The translations under genes and the position numbers were made by a program. A DNA stretch of 64,000 bases from the human T2T-CHM13v2.0 reference genome, Homo sapiens, in assembly GCF_009914755.1 (NCBI RefSeq), contig NC_060938.1; one strand, 5' to 3'. The notes under the pieces are model-generated. The model saw only the letters and a program-made list of their open reading frames with translations. It searched no databases and had not been told where the DNA came from. Positions 46,097-64,000 of this stretch are shown one piece after another; the stretch's first letter is position 1; every line of letters starts with the position of its first letter.

Positions 46097-47738
46097 CTGA
46101 TTTTAGGTTGCCTTTAAACTAGAGCATTGACCAAAACTTAAAGAAAAATCACACTTTTAACAATAATAACAGAGTAAGAAAGTTACCCTAAAGAACATGT
46201 TCCCATCCTATGAGCTGTTGACTTCCAGAAGACTTAATGGTTATTATGAGGATCCACAGAATCCACATAGAGACAAGACTATATACCACAGAATAAATAG
46301 CTCACATATATGCACTATAAATTTCCAAATGGATAGAAATGTTATGATCAATAAAACACAACTTTTACTTTTAAAGTGTTACTAAATGCATGGTGGCTTT
46401 TTGGCAATCATATTTTCAAAATCAACAGATACTAAAAATACTCTGTCATGAGAAGAGGCCTTGAAAGTTCCTGAGTATAAGAGACTCCCATACTTGTGAG
46501 AGTTGGAAGCCTCTGTTCTAAAAGACTGTGCTTGCTTTTGTAGACGCTAATTTCAATGTTTGCTTCTACGTTAATTCAAATACTTGAATGTGACAGCTCT
46601 TGAGTAAGTCTTTGTATGACATGTACAGAGAGCAGGCATGGCTGCTTACAATAGCCAAATAAACATTGTAAAATTAAAACCAAGCACATCAAATAGCATG
46701 CATCTTCTGCTTAAGTGAACTTAATATGCTAGGACCAAATTAATAGGCTAGAAATTTACTAGATCAAATTAGTAAAAATTAGTAAGGATTTCACAGGAGA
46801 AAATCCTTGTGACTTAACAAATAACAATTATGTACAATAACCTGAGTATATCCCCTAATTATCTCAGGTTAGAAAAAGGTATGGTCCTTAAAATAACCAG
46901 TACCTAAATCACTTACAGATTTTCCTTGTTTAGACATACAGTTTTAGGTCATCACTTTAAATTACAGCCAGTCAATAGAATGATCAAGCATGCTGTGATT
47001 TATATTCAGTGAAACCAACTGACCAATTCTTGCCCAAATTCTCAAATACTTTACAAGTCTTCAAATGAGATCGTATTCTATTTGAATTGAATGCTAAATA
47101 ATTCTCCTTCATACAAGTCCTCTATTTCTAACCATACATTGATAGGGTACTAAGGAAACAAGATGAGATTTTTAAAATTAATTTGTAAATATGACTGTTT
47201 AAATCGATGTTTACCAGAAACTGCTTTTTAAAAAAGTAAATCTTTGATAGTAGCATGTTTTGTTTTTTACATCTTTCCTGTAAAAGATTCAGAAAAATTC
47301 TGTTACATCAAGACTCTCTACCTAAACTTCATAGGACATTAAAGGTGAGTGTTTCCGAGTTTTGATCAAATTAAAACATTGTGAGAAATCTTTCTAATCT
47401 GCATGATTTAAAAAGAGCTGATGCCAGAACACTTTCCAATAAAGCAGCAAGTAAACTAAAAAAAAAAAGGAACATATTGAAAATAGTAGGAAAAAAAGAA
47501 GTCTTATTACAGCATCTTCCCCCTCACTTTCTAGTTCCTGGAAGCTGTTTAGGCAGATTATATAAGCACTGAGGTATGTATTTGTAGCAAGAATGCTTCA
47601 AGTAGGAGGTAGATGGGAAGTCAAGAATAAGTATTATCTAACAGCAAAAAAACTGAGTGCATAAAATCAGGTTCTTTCATTACAGAAAGAAAGAATGAAA
47701 AGCAGAGGAAGATTTTTGTAAATATTTTGATGAAATCA

Positions 47739-48040
47739 GGCTGGGTATGGTGGTGGCTCACACCTGTACTCCCAGCACTTTTCGGAGGCCAAGACAGGCA
47801 GATTGCTTGAGGCCAAGAATTCAAGACCAGCCTGGGCAACATAGTGAGACCCCAACTCAACAAAAAAATTTTAAAAGTTAGCAGGGCATAGTGGTGCCAG
47901 CCTGTAGTCCTAGCTACTCAGGAGGCTGAGGTGGGAAGATGGCTTGAACCCAGGAGTTCCAGGCTGCAGTGAGCTATGATTATGCCTCTGCACTTCAACT
48001 CTGGTGATAAAATAAGACTTTATCTCTTAAAAAAACAAAA
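47739..48040 (+). repeat. AluJ-like element
   Basis: Dimer; tail decays into TA-rich repeat. Confidence 0.85.
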
Positions 48041-48129
48041 ATATATATACAATATGTATGAAATCAGACATATTTGTATAGAAATCTACCTATACATATC
48101 TACCATATCTAGTATCTATCTATATCTAG

Positions 48130-48348
48130 TATCTTTATTAAGACAAAGCCCAAATTATTGTTAATTGTTACCATATCTTAACAATATTCTCTATCTTGTG
48201 TTTCAGTACCTGTTCAGTAAGAGGTACTAACTTTATTTTTACTATTTTTCTATGACCAGATGACATCCAGGCAAGAGGTACTAATTTTAAACCTACTTAA
48301 AAAAAAAAAAAACTACTCAATAATATTACTCTACAAAGATTCTGTGAT
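48130..48348 (+). repeat. Local dispersed duplication, copy 2
   Basis: Aligns with 45894-46096; flanked by TA-rich microsatellite on both sides. Confidence 0.92.
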
Positions 48349-48792
48349 ATATATATATGATTTCATATGTACATATATATAATTTCATGTGTGTGTGTAT
48401 ATATATGTATGTATATATAAAATCAGATCAAACCCAGTAGTATGGAGGTCCACCTGCCTTTACTTACCAGTGGAACTTTGTAAGAGAGAAGAGAAATATA
48501 ATTTTACTTGACCCCCTCTGGAAATCCCTTGAGGGTGGAAGCTCTGTTTCCTTTTAATGACAAAAAATCGTGCTGTGCACATAATGAGTGTGTAATAAAT
48601 CTTCCTGGTAATGTTTGATATTTATAGTATTATGAGGCAAATACATACTCAGAGATGGTCTTGCCTGAGGTCAGACCCTATTAAGAGGCAAGGCAATGAC
48701 CAGACCGCATTCCGTGGGGTATGGAATCTGTTCTTTCCCCAGCTGCACGCTGGTATTCATAACTGTCTTTAATTCCCAGTGAATAAGATGAA

Positions 48793-49110
48793 CGGCAGGG
48801 GGTGCAATGGCTCACGCCTGTAATCCCAGCACTTTGGAAGGCTGAGGTGGGAGGACCGCTTGAGCCCAGGAGTTTGAGACCAGCCTGGGCAACATAGCAA
48901 AACCCTGTTTCTACCAAAAAAAAAAAAAAAAAAAAGTTAGACAGGCATGGTGATATGTGCCTGTGGTCCCAGCTACTCAAGCTACTCAGAAAGCTGAGGT
49001 GGGAGGATCGCTTGAGCACAGAATTTCAAGGTAGCAATGAGCCGTGATTGTATCACTGCACTCCAGCCTGGGTGACAGAGTGAGATCCCTTCTCAATAAT
49101 AATAAAAAAA
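48793..49110 (+). repeat. AluJ-like element
   Basis: TSD aagatgaa; internal 9-bp duplication agctactca. Confidence 0.87.
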
Positions 49111-49469
49111 GATGAATGACAAAACATCACACTGTGCCTTCTCCCACTAATGAAGATCTTTTAATTAAACAATATCATCTTCAGAATTCTCTTCAGCAAA
49201 AGATAGACTAATACGCTACTCATGCATTGGATCCATTTCCTTTATTACCTCTATTTATTATATGAGATCATCAATGTGAAAGGCATCTAGAAAGTGTACG
49301 GCAATATACAGATATCAGTGTTACTTTGAATATAATGCAAAATAGACTTTAAGTGGCACCTGCCTTTGGACTTGATTTTTTTGAGGAAAAGAAAGATTAT
49401 GACTCTGATTTTTTCTTAATTTCAAGATGTATATCAAGATATACTGTTAAGTATATATACATGTGTTTA

Positions 49470-50005
<536 letters not shown>

Positions 50006-50045
50006 TAATCAGTTTGTATCTAACAGTTAAGTATAAAGTAATTAC

Positions 50046-50115
50046 CTTTAGTTTGTGTGCTTCTTTTTTATCCCCAGCAAAAAATGAATTCTCATCAAAA
50101 TGCAAAGGAAATGAC
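50046..50115 (-). CDS. ERO1A: ERO1A coding exon (70 nt, phase 2-0)
   Basis: cgcag|G TCA TTT...CTA AAG|gtaatt; [23 protein letters not shown]. Confidence 0.96.
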
Positions 50116-50518
50116 CTGCGTTTTAAAACAGAGAATATTCATTTTCATGTGTTATAAATATTAAAAGTCCTGCTAATACAACATTTTACTGGTCATGATA
50201 AATAAAGAGGAGAAAACATAGTAAAACCAACACTCCGATGCCCCAAATCAAATTCTTATCCTCAAACCTCAAATCTTGATTCTAACTGCATAATACAGAA
50301 ATTTGACCCCAAATCCAATTTGTTCAAATAAACATGAAAATAATACATTATCAAATACTAAAAGAATGGCTCTTAAAACTAAAAATGTGTGCCTCTCAGT
50401 ACCCAAATCAAAATAAAAACAAAAGCAAAATTCAATCTGAAAAGACCTACAAGCAAAATTAACTTTTAATTATGTTCTAAATAGTTTTCCTTTCTCTAAA
50501 TGAATATTAAAAATTTCA

Positions 50519-50813
50519 GGCAGAGCACAGTGGCCTGCACCTGTAATCCCAGCACTTTGGGAGGCCAAGGTGGGTGGATCAATCACTTAAGCCCAGGAGT
50601 TCGAGACCAGCCTGGACAACATGGCAAAACCCCATCTCTACAAAAAATACAAAAATTAGCCCGGTGTGGTGGTTTGCACATATAGTCCCAGCTTCTTGGG
50701 CTGAGATGGGAGGACTGCTTGAGCCCAGGAAATCAAGGCTGCAGTGAGCCATGACCGTGCCACTGCACTCCAGCCTGGGCAACAGAGGGAGAGCCTGTCT
50801 CAAAAAAAAAAAA
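50519..50813 (+). repeat. AluJ-like element
   Basis: Dimer. Confidence 0.87.
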
Positions 50814-50875
50814 ATTTATCTTGTACATTAATTGTCACTCTTCTATTAATGTATAAAGTTTAATATATAATTTAC

Positions 50876-51122
50876 TTGATTTCATGAAGTATTTCCAGAA
50901 GTAACATTTTGTTTTCCTCATCCTGAATTTTATTTCCAGTAAAGAGTTGAAAATCTGGGCGCTCGAAGAATGGTAACACTTTGGATAAAGCCCTTAGTTC
51001 TATTAAGTAGAGAAAATACAAGTTCTTAAGCCTTCTTGGACCTTCTCCTTCAGTCAAAATTCCATCAAATCGCTGTTGAAATTCTGTAATGTTGTGTCCC
51101 CATTTCTTTTCTAACCAGGTCT
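50876..51122 (-). CDS. ERO1A: ERO1A coding exon (247 nt, phase 1-2)
   Basis: cttag|AG ACC TGG...ATC AA|gtaaat; [82 protein letters not shown](K). Confidence 0.97.
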
Positions 51123-51365
51123 CTAAGAAGGAAGAAGAATTAAATATTAAAAACTGAATTTGACAATTTTTACTTTAATTATATTAGGTTATTCATGCCT
51201 ATAGAAGTTAATTTCATTTTGCATTTTAAGTTATATAATAACAACCAAGAAAATGGTTTTTCACAATTTAGCCTTTAATAGTTTTATATTAATATTTTAT
51301 TTTCTAGAACCCATCCTTAAAACAAATTCAATGTTTTACTGAGAAAGCAAGTCTTATTAATAATA

Positions 51366-54537
<3,172 letters not shown>

Positions 54538-54585
54538 CAGTAAAATTACTAATGAGTTTAAACCGCCATTTAAAATCAAAGTTAC

Positions 54586-55200
54586 GGCTAGGCACAGTAG
54601 CTCACGGCTATAATCCCAGTACTCTGGGAGGCCAAGATGGGCAAATCACTTGAGCTCAGGAGTTCAAGACCAGCCTGGGCAACATGGCCAAATCTTGTCT
54701 CTACAAAAAATATTGTGAAAAATTAGCTGGACATGGTGGCATGCTCCTGTAGTCATGAGGTAGAAGGTAGGACTTGGCTCAGGAGGTGGGACTCAGGACA
54801 CTGGACCAAATTGAAAACTAGCTAAAACAGGGAGGGGGCTGAAGCAGCTTTCCATGAGGCACACCCACCAGGGTGCCATGTCAGTTTCTCATTCCCATGG
54901 CAACATGCAGAAGTTACCACCCCTTTCCATAGCAATGACCCAGAAGTTACTACCCTTTTCCTAGAAATTTCTGCATAATCTGCCTCATAATTTGCATATA
55001 ATAAAAAGTGGACTATAAATATGGCTGCAGAACTGCCTCCAAGCTGCTACTCTGGGCACACTGCCTATGGGACAGCTCTCCTTCATGAGGAGAGGTTCAA
55101 ACTTTTTCCTGGGCAAAGCCAAGAGCCCTCCCAGGCTAAGCCCCAGTTTTGGCCATCGCACACTAGAGTGGGCAATAGAGTGAGACCCTGTCTCAATCAA
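54586..55200 (+). repeat. AluJ-like split by an LTR (54586-54755 and ~55153-55200)
   Basis: 5' part ends cctgtagtc; 3' part ggcaatagagtgagaccctgtctc. Confidence 0.8.
54756..55152 (+). mobile_element. ERV1 solo LTR (MER66-like), 3'-deleted, inserted in an AluJ
   Basis: TG start tgaggtagaaggtaggacttggctc, ccatggcaac/gaagttacc repeats, TATAAAT 55014-55020; Alu halves on both sides. Confidence 0.75.
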
Positions 55201-55723
55201 TCAAGCAATCAATCAATGAATAAAATGGAAGTTTCTATATTTTGTTTCTCAGAGTGTGATACTTTAATTCCAGAAGAAATATGGTACTGATGAAAATCAA
55301 CCACAGTCTCATTTTCAACAGTATTAAGGCATCAACAGCAGCAGGAAAGGCTTTTACCCATTTAAACTCCAGGCCTGATACGAGCACACAAATAAAAAGG
55401 TTCTGATACAACAATATCTATCAAATAGCAAACTGTGCTGTTAGGAACTATTTAAATTCCCACAAGAAAACAAGAATATTTCCAAAGTGATATGGACAAT
55501 TTTGAGCAGCTTCTTAAAAGAAGGTGAAGAGAGCTAAGAGTATGTTAAACTGTTCAATTGTATCTACAGTTCCCACCTTTCTGATTACTACCATTTAAGA
55601 GTGAATTTTTACTGCCTAATATTCAATCAGGTCAATCTTTTCCCATTCAGGTAAATGCCAGGAAAATTTTAAGAATATCTAAAATTAAGAGTGGTAGACT
55701 GAATAAAAGTAAATGTCACATAC

Positions 55724-55816
55724 CTTGTAAAAGATATCTTGCACTCAAATGCACATTAATGCTTGCATGTAGGCCAGATATAAGTCTGTAGAATGCTCTT
55801 TTTTCTACACAGAGAC
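55724..55816 (-). CDS. ERO1A: ERO1A coding exon (93 nt, phase 1-1)
   Basis: ttcttag|GT CTC TGT...CAA G|gtatgt; [30 protein letters not shown], containing the conserved SGLHASI FAD-contact motif. Confidence 0.96.
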
Positions 55817-55930
55817 CTAAGAAAAAGCAGTGACTTAGAAATAAAATTTCATATGTGAATCTTGTAGACATAAAATTAATCTCATGAGAAAAAAACCATC
55901 ATTGAAATTTATTTTAAAGTTTCTAATTAC

Positions 55931-55957
55931 CTTCTAGCCAACTGTAAAAAGTGTTCT
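55931..55957 (-). CDS. ERO1A: ERO1A 27-nt microexon (phase 1-1)
   Basis: gatttcag|AG AAC ACT TTT TAC AGT TGG CTA GAA G|gtaatt; ENTFYSWLE(G). Confidence 0.95.
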
Positions 55958-56499
55958 CTGAAATCAAAAGAAAAATAAGTCATAAGAATAGAAAAATGCC
56001 AAAATACAAGTTTTTCAAAAGTTTTAAAGCATTATAGCAAATTTGTGCCAAACAACAATGTAAAGATTATTTAACCTAACGGTCCAAGTCTTAATTGCAA
56101 TTTCTCGAAAGGAAGAAGAAAGGTTATGGATTCAGTTAAGTACCAGCCTGCTGCTTGGTCTTTGAAAGGCTTTAGCATTGCCTTAGGTTGACCCAGCCTC
56201 ATAACGTTCTGGTTAAAGTGTTTTACAGGAGGTCAAAATACAGAATTTAAATAGTAAATCAGTCAAGAATGGGAAAATACCTAGCCTTGATAACAATTCA
56301 TGCCATGAAAACTAAGGATTCATTACATGCTTTTTAAACTAGAAAAAAATTAAAATGATAAGACAGTATTGGAGGGGTACTATTTGTATTTAGCTGATAA
56401 TATTACATGCCATTCACTATTTCAAAAGAGCAATTCAGGAAAATGTTATAAACACCAAGTATCACTTATATTCTTATGACCTAATAAGATTATTGTCAA

Positions 56500-57220
56500 T
56501 ATATTTAATGCCTAGTAATTCTACAAATACGATAATGCCTAAATTAACATGATAGAACACTATCTAACTAGTGAACATGGTAAAATAACATACAACTATG
56601 AAAATAGCAAGAATGTAGAACATGGCAATACATAAAAATGTTTACTTGAAATATTATACAAAAGGCATAAGAAATAATCATACAACTCTGTAAAGATTCA
56701 TGTATGCATTTGCTACAGAGATGATAAACACTGTACAGTGTTTTCTACTAAAGTTGCTTACAGTAATGTTAAAAATGAACCAAACAAGCATAAAAATAAT
56801 GGAAGGAATGGCAAAGGGAATAAGCAATAAACTGGAATATATAAAAACTCAAAACATCTATTTGTCAGAACACTTCATAAACAAAAGCAAAATGCAAACA
56901 ACAAACTCAGTAAAATGTATGTTGCAAATATGTCAAAGGGATTAGATCCTAAATATATAAAAAGCTCATAAACTAAATAAAAATGCTAAAGTGCCCCCTT
57001 AAAAAAGAGGTAAATAATATGAATTTAAAAATTCACAAAGGAAAAAATACATATGGTAATAACAGACAAAAATTGTTTGGTCTTACGGGCAATAAAAAAT
57101 GCAAATGAAAACAAAAGATACATGACTCTACCTATCAAGTAAGATAAAAATATGATCATCTTTAATGCTGACAAGTGTTGGACAAAACTACTTATATATA
57201 GAAAACATAAATATCAAAAT
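56500..57220 (+). mobile_element. Ancient L1M ORF2 3' fragment
   Basis: tgcaaatatgtcaaagggattagatcctaaatatataaaaagctc and aaatgcaaatgaaaacaa, similar to L1 ORF2 3' part. Confidence 0.55.
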
Positions 57221-57229
57221 GTTAGCAGA

Positions 57230-57450
57230 GAAGCGTATCTGGTAGTAACTAAGGGTATGGTTCCTGGAGTCAAACTGCCTGATTTAAATCTTAACTCTGC
57301 TACTTACAAATCATATTATTTTAGTCAAGTTGCTGAACCTCTCTTCACCTATAACATGGAGACAGGAATAATACCCCTAGGATTGGTGAAAGAATTAAAT
57401 AAAATCATATTTGTAAATTGCTTAGAAAAGTGCCTGGCACAGAGTTATTA
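57230..57450 (+). repeat. MIR
   Basis: ggagtcaaactgcctgatttaaatcttaactctgctactta...gcttagaaaagtgcctggcacag. Confidence 0.7.
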
Positions 57451-57560
57451 TTATTAATTATTTGGGGATGGTGGGATTATAAGGAACTTATTTCCTTATA
57501 AAAATTTTCAAGGTTCTTTTTTTCAAGTTTTTGATCATGAATTAGGGAGTTAGGGGATAA

Positions 57561-57986
<426 letters not shown>

Positions 57987-59099
57987 TGACCTGACTGTGG
58001 TCTAAACAATCACTTAATATGATAGCTCTCAGGAATAACCCTTTGATATTTGGCCAAAATCAATACTTATAATAAGACAGTTTCTCTAAGGATGGCTCCC
58101 ACAGGTTAACGATCTATTTTTCTGATAATAAGGTCTTCAAATAGAATTGAAAAATCATAGTAGCCTCCTCTAATGTGGCTAACAATATAGCATAGAACTA
58201 GGTTAATACTCAAGGTAAAATAAGGTTACTTGAAACTGAAAATCATAGAATCACATGTACCAGTAGCAAATATGAGGCATCTTTGGAAAAATAATCTCAC
58301 TGCTAAACAATTTCTCTTCCAAACAGTTCTGAGTCAGCATTTTATTTAGCTGCTACAGTTAATATAATATAAAGCACAATAATAAAATAGCATTGTTATC
58401 AGACTTTAGTATTCTGTTATTTAGACATAATGCAAAAGCAATTCATAAGAATTATGTTCAGAAAATAGAGGATTTTGAGGGAAAGAAAAGTGATACTTCA
58501 CATTTTAGCAATTTCACCTAGATAGACTAAAGCTAAGCACCATTAAGTCTTTTCATATTGTTAAGCATATGGTCTTAAGAATAACAAATGTCATTTCATT
58601 TTCACCCTTAAAGCAAAAACACAAAGTAAACCTAATGTATGCTGAAACTGTTAGCATTAGTTAGACTTGGCAATGACACCTACATCCAACAAGTCAGCAT
58701 CAACCTTAGAAGCCAGCTCTGAAATCAATACTCATCATGCCCAGAACCTTCCTACATGAAACCCAGCAGATCCTAGAGTTCAACCAGTAAAAGAGAGAGG
58801 ACATTTCCCTGGCCTGAGGCAATGGGGGAGACGGGGAGTGGACATGCTTCCACATTCAGAGAGGTAAAATGTGCAAATGAATGATCAGAGGCTGAGGCAC
58901 ACTGTTTCTAATGCCTGAACCCAGACACAAAGTCACTTTCCCTTAATCTGTGCTAGTACCTCCAGACTTTCAGATAAATAAGTAAAACTTAAGTTCTTCT
59001 GATTTTTAGAGGTGAGAAGAAAAAAATAAACTTTGCCATAATAAACATCTGAATGTATAAACAAATTCATATATGTAATATATAATAAATTATACTTAC

Positions 59100-59111
59100 C
59101 TTCACTTGTCC
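59100..59111 (-). CDS. ERO1A: ERO1A 12-nt microexon (phase 1-1)
   Basis: ttttgcttttcag|GGACAAGTGAAG|gtaagta; supplies GTSE of the known ERO1A sequence SGQGTSEENTF. Confidence 0.93.
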
Positions 59112-61124
59112 CTGAAAAGCAAAACAAAATGTTTATTAAAATAAATTCCTTCCAGTGCCCCTTTTATAATGCTACACTTTCATAAAAATAAGACTTTAAT
59201 AATGGTTAGTTTTAGTCCAACAGTTCATTCACACAAGTAAAATCTGAAAGTGAGACATTCGTGACTGCAACTCTATCTGGTAGTGATATGAATTATGCCT
59301 GATTTGACTAAATGGTGTTATCTCCATGAGTGTACATAAAGAGGTTCAGCTCATGTGAGATTTAATATACCCTGACAGGAGAGAAAAAACTAATCCATCA
59401 CCTGAGAGTACTCTTCAATATCTTAAGGACCTACGTTTACTTGGCTGACAGAGACTTTTCCACATTTATTTATCCTAAAGCTATAATGTAGTTTCTGTTA
59501 AATATTATTATTATTGCTTTGAAACCTCCAGCCTGGCCTTATAATATTTAACCTTAGTCGGGAATATTTTCATAGACTATTTATAAGATTCAAATTATAC
59601 ATAATACAGTAATTTGTGTGCAGCTGCTTATTTACTACTGAAAATTTGTCTTCAAAAATTTTGCCCACTTTTTTTAATGCCATCGGTTTATTAAAGAAAT
59701 ATATAATCATTGCAAATATATGTTTTTAAAAAAAAGACAAAATAAAAAATTATTCATAATTCCCCAGCTCAAAGATAAATACTATTTACATTTTAGTGAA
59801 TATCTTTTTAGTTTATAGATATATTATAAATTTATTATACATATTGTTTTGATACCTGATTTTCCTCACTGTGTTATTGGTCACTTTTGATTTAAATGAA
59901 TAAAAATTTACAGCAATATTTACAATGGCTATTTTCTATGTGACTATACCATAAGTCATTTAACCAGTTCCCTAATGATAAACATTTAAATTGTTCCTAT
60001 GTATCTTTATGGTAAGTGACGTGGTTAATTACTTTATCAAATCATAATGTGAGATCATAATGATCACCTCTTTTCTATTAATTTGCATTTCATCTGATAT
60101 TAAATCAATGGCTTCCACTGAGTCACCACATGTGACTCTGTATAAACTCAAAAGCCTTATTTAAAGATTTTTCATTCCTAATCTAAGAAAGAGAAATCTG
60201 CCAGAATTTAGGGAATGATGCAATCTCATCCCCTTCTAGGAGGAAATTTATATTTATTATTTGAGATCAGCATCTTTTCAAATAAATTTTTAAAATGAAA
60301 ACCTTACACTTTTGCTAAAAGCACATTAAAGATTTTAATCAGTAAGCACATATTTGAAGAGAATAAGGATACATAATTTCTAAAGAAAAAGTCTGAACTC
60401 ATACACTGAAATGGCTTATTCAACAAACCATTCTTCATATTACAGATGGGGTAGGGTTTTTGTAAATTTTAATTTTACATCCCCTCTGGCATCTACACAG
60501 TGCCTAGCAGGTAGTAAATGGCGGATAATCATTTGCTGAAAGAACAACTGGCTTTCACTATTGTAGACAAGACCATTAAATGAAGAGAGCAATTTTCACT
60601 GATCATGTATCTAACAAACTACTCCATCTATTATGTGTCAGGCTCTATATAGAGAGATAAAACAGATAAATGCTACCCATATGGCAGAGTACTAGGGTAG
60701 ATCGATAGATACATAAATAATAATAAAATAATGCTACACAGTGGGAAAGGCCGTAAGAGGAAAACAAGTAAAAACAAACGCATGCATCAGATTACTTCAT
60801 GAGGAGGGAGAAATACTTCTGGTTACAAGGACCAGGGAAAGTTTTATGGAAAAAGCAGCATTTGAGCCAGACCTTGAGTGAAAACAGAATATTAAAAATG
60901 TTATTAAGATATAAAGACATGTAAAGTTGAAATCAGATGCCCAATATTTGCAATAATTTCAAGTTTTAGAAAAAATTTGAGAGTTTGGGATATTTATTTA
61001 TCTGTGGGATTAAAAAACTGACATTTTACTATGTCTGCAAAAATATATAGAATAAATATATATCCTAATCTTTATTTTTTGATAATCTAATACCAGGAAC
61101 TTCATTATAAAAATACTTTTTACT

Positions 61125-61520
<396 letters not shown>

Positions 61521-61607
61521 TTACTGTCATTTATCTTGCCTTCCCCTTCCTTTGAATTAAAGTTCCCTGGCTGAGAAATAATATAACAACGCAAATAAGT
61601 AATTTAC

Positions 61608-61654
61608 CTTGACCAGAAGCCAAAGGATTTAAAGGTCTTTTAATTGTCTGTGGC
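61608..61654 (-). CDS. ERO1A: ERO1A coding exon (47 nt, phase 2-1)
   Basis: ttctag|G CCA CAG...CAA G|gtaaat; (K)PQTIKRPLNPLASGQ(G). Confidence 0.95.
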
Positions 61655-62457
61655 CTAGAAGTAAAAAGAATTAAAAATATCAACACAAATATGTTACCAA
61701 TCATGTTATATTTAAGTGATATTATCTCAGAAAACTGCTTAATATCCAAAATCAAATTGTTTTATTGAGATTATAAAACACTTAGTTTCCTCTAATTGCT
61801 TTAAGGGAGGGTGGCTATTTGTTGTAGTGATAATAGTTCCTGATCTTCTCCCATTGTGGCGGCCAGCAGGCCATTTCCTAATCACTTCTTCAAACAAAAG
61901 AAGAGAAAATATCAGCCAAGCTCTTCTCTCGGAGTCACTACTATGTTTTTATATATATTATATATACATATCTATGTATATGTGTGTGTGTATGGCACAA
62001 AGTGTACCCCTAAATGAAAGACAAATAAGCAAAAAATATTCAATATAAGCATTAAAATTTAAAAATGGAAAAAAAATAGTGTAGATTATTTTCCACTTAG
62101 GTAATCTTTAGACACATCAATTTGCCCTGTAGCTAAGTTTGTTACAATTTAAATAAAAGTTGTTTGTTCAGTAGGAAAAAACAGAAATTTTCTGGAGAGT
62201 TACTATGTCATTAAAGTGCTTTTAAATCCCAAAATAAATATGCGTTAGTATTAATAGTAAACTATAGGGATTGTTTTAACATCTATTTTAAAAATTTGCA
62301 AAACTGGAGACATTTTGAGAACAGAATATGTAAGCTGTATTTTAAAATACACAATATAATTAACTTAGCCCTTTATACATTGTTTATATTGTTAGAAATT
62401 ATGGGAATCAGGACACAAATTAGTAAGAAAATGACTACAAAAGTAATACAAATCTAA

Positions 62458-62757
<300 letters not shown>

Positions 62758-62774
62758 ATTCTTAATTCACACTA

Positions 62775-63122
<348 letters not shown>

Positions 63123-63569
63123 CCTTTAAAGTAAATCTTTAAGTCAGTAAATCAAACATTTCTAATAATAGTCAAGATAATTTAAATAAAATACATGGCA
63201 GAAATAAGTAATTAATAAAAACTCTCTACTTTCCAAACTGGAGAAATTCTTCAAGTCAAAAAAAAAAACACCACAGTCTGACATTTTATTGGTGTAAGCA
63301 CAATTACTGATCTCATACTTATATTTGACTTATAAAAAGTGAAATATATAATATTATCCCCATATTTGGGAACTCCAAAGACTTTCCCAGAACTCTCTCC
63401 ATCTCTAAGACAGCATAATGTGCTCGCACATACATTGATCCCAAAACCAGTGAGTACAAAGTTTAGCACCTCAAGACTTACGTGTGAGTAACCTGAAGCA
63501 TTTCTCAGATACCCAGTGATCAGCAACTGCCTCCAGCCTAATGGTTACCCCGTACAAAGCGGGCTCTTT

Positions 63570-63750
63570 CACTTACTAGATCTTTGACACTGAACAAATC
63601 ATTTAACCTCTCTAAGTCTCAGTTTCTCTGTCTATAATACAGTGATGACTGCAACACAGGGTTATTGCAAGGACTGAAGAAGAAAATGTATATAACATGC
63701 TTACCACAATGCCTAGAATACAGTGAGTGCTCAAAAATGATACCTATTAT
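63570..63750 (+). repeat. MIR
   Basis: atttaacctctctaagtctcagtttc...cagtgagtgctcaaaaatg. Confidence 0.65.
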
Positions 63751-64000
63751 AATTGTTCTCTGAAATCAATTTAACTGTAAAATAATTAAAGCCACAGACA
63801 AGGGTGTACAGAGCACCAAAAAGAGAATTAAGAGTTGTATATTCTTTTCTCTACACTGCCACTGTGTGATCTTGGGAAATGAAGCAAACCTCTCCAGCTC
63901 TAGGTTACCTTAACTATAAAATGAGATCCTATAATCGACTCAAGGAACATTTGTCAAGGGCCTACAATACTCCCATAAAGGTCTAAAGGAAAAATCTGTG

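Noticed and set aside
48740-48755. RCGTG hypoxia-response core in an ERO1A intron (also acgtg near 63480)
   Set aside because: 5-bp cores are expected by chance; no clustering or other support

Overview
Human/primate genomic DNA carrying the 3' halves of two convergent (tail-to-tail) protein-coding genes, recognised from their translated exons. On the + strand is GPR137C: a ~30 kb repeat-filled intron (1-29998), the last four coding exons (29999-32954) and a ~2.6 kb 3'UTR. On the - strand is ERO1A (ERO1L, ER oxidoreductin 1 alpha): nine coding exons from 61654 down to the stop at 41412, including 12-nt and 27-nt microexons and the CxxCxxC active-site exon, followed by a 3'UTR with several candidate poly(A) signals. 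I checked every exon boundary by eye for GT-AG and reading-frame continuity. The rest is mostly interspersed repeat: ~34 Alus, three old L1M elements, a young 5'-inverted L1PA in the intergenic gap, hAT/Tigger DNA transposon relics, a MER66-like LTR, and L2/MIR fragments. Nearly all entries in the ORF track are Alu/L1 artefacts. I found no new multi-gene system. The most noteworthy unannotated structures are: a ~2.8 kb block that looks like a retroposed KRAB-ZNF 3' region inside an ERO1A intron; a textbook twin-primed L1 that pushed apart two poly(A) sites formerly ~0.5 kb apart; an in-frame, stop-free 87-nt intron right after the ERO1A active site; an inverted-Alu pair flanking the active-site exons; a palindromic MER53 and an L2-donated AATAAA in the ERO1A 3'UTR; a local 200-bp templated duplication; and candidate cryptic exons in GPR137C. 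Repeat subfamily names and repeat boundaries come from memory of consensus sequences and are approximate.
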